A model generated the notes under the pieces. It did no database searches. It saw only the letters and a list, made by a program, of their open reading frames with translations, and was not told where the DNA came from. Shown piece after piece: positions 63,301 through 64,000 of a stretch of 64,000 nucleotides of DNA (positions are counted from its first letter, which is position 1; each line of letters opens with the position of its first letter). The position numbers and the translations under genes are program-made. Source of the DNA: Torpedo marmorata (Eukaryota); contig OZ360252.1 in the NCBI GenBank assembly GCA_977017645.1, positions 16,306,001-16,370,000 of the forward strand, in the 5' to 3' direction.

Positions 63301-64000
63301 AAATTCTAATAAATGGTCACTGCATACAATTCGATTTTAATCGTTCGTCAAGTTCACCAGTACTTCACATGACCAGTGCAAAGACAAGTTGAATACAACT
63401 CATAGGGGAAAATATCAAAATAAATCAGTAGCCCTGGTTGTGATAAGATGACGTTTAAAAAACTGTATGTTCATCTTGATGGAAAGCTGCAAGCAATGTT
63501 CAATCCTGTATTCCGTTTTCCTTTCTTTAAGACTGTTGTTAGAAGAAGGTATCCGGAACTTGATGCTGGAGTTACCTACAAAATAATGCAATGACAACAC
63601 ATTCACCCCGGGAGATTGTAGACTAGCATGACATACCTGCTTGTAGTGTTGAGAATATTTCCATGCAATTCACTTTATCTTTAATTGCGAAACCTTGGTG
63701 CAATCTCTCTGAATATATGAGAGTAATTAAATGGTACAAATAAGGCGGGCCATGAAAACGAATGTAAAGATAATGTGGAACTGTGCTTTCTTTCATTTAC
63801 TAATAAGTTGGATTTTCTCCCTGATGAGATTTTTTTGTAATTAGTCATCTCTGAAATGTTAACACAATGTGAATAATACAGCATATAAATTATTGTTTCG
63901 CTCCAATTCATCTATATGTACCGACGTTCTCATCATTTCACCCATATCCTTCCATTCTTTTCCATTCCGTTTAAACATCTTTATCGCTTAAATTATGCCT

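Noticed and set aside
1-64000. CRISPR arrays, operons, rRNA or intact tRNA genes
   Set aside because: None seen; the DNA is intron-containing vertebrate sequence and the tRNA-like pieces are decayed SINE heads.

Overview
Eukaryotic, repeat-rich vertebrate DNA, most consistent with a cartilaginous fish (shark/ray). This is inferred from the mix of CR1, L1/Tx1, Rex1-like, Penelope-like and Tc1 repeats, V-/Deu-type SINEs, and the style of the SRCR and GPR139-like genes. Host genes: (1) the 5' part of a minus-strand, multi-exon group-B SRCR receptor gene (CD163/WC1/DMBT1-like), with four intact phase-1 domain exons and a candidate leader exon that uses a GC donor; the gene runs off the left edge. 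(2) A plus-strand pseudogene relic at 42.5-44.6 kb carrying only the transmembrane and tyrosine-motif tail exons of a similar receptor. (3) Two nearly identical two-exon GPR139/GPR142-like class A GPCR genes made by a very recent tandem duplication (45486-52119 and 52120-60769); copy 1 has a 2015-bp microhomology-bounded deletion upstream of the gene. The rest is mostly decayed transposons. The most notable structures are a three-level nested L1 with readable TSDs and a twin-priming-type 5' inversion, hammerhead-ribozyme-like motifs in many Penelope-like termini, an inverted Penelope pair, a GC-rich multi-hairpin island in an L1 3' UTR, a GC-rich non-autonomous retroelement family, and two inverted Tc1 copies. 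No database searches or folding programs were run. Family names come from motif recognition and repeat boundaries are approximate. I found no convincing wholly new biological system.
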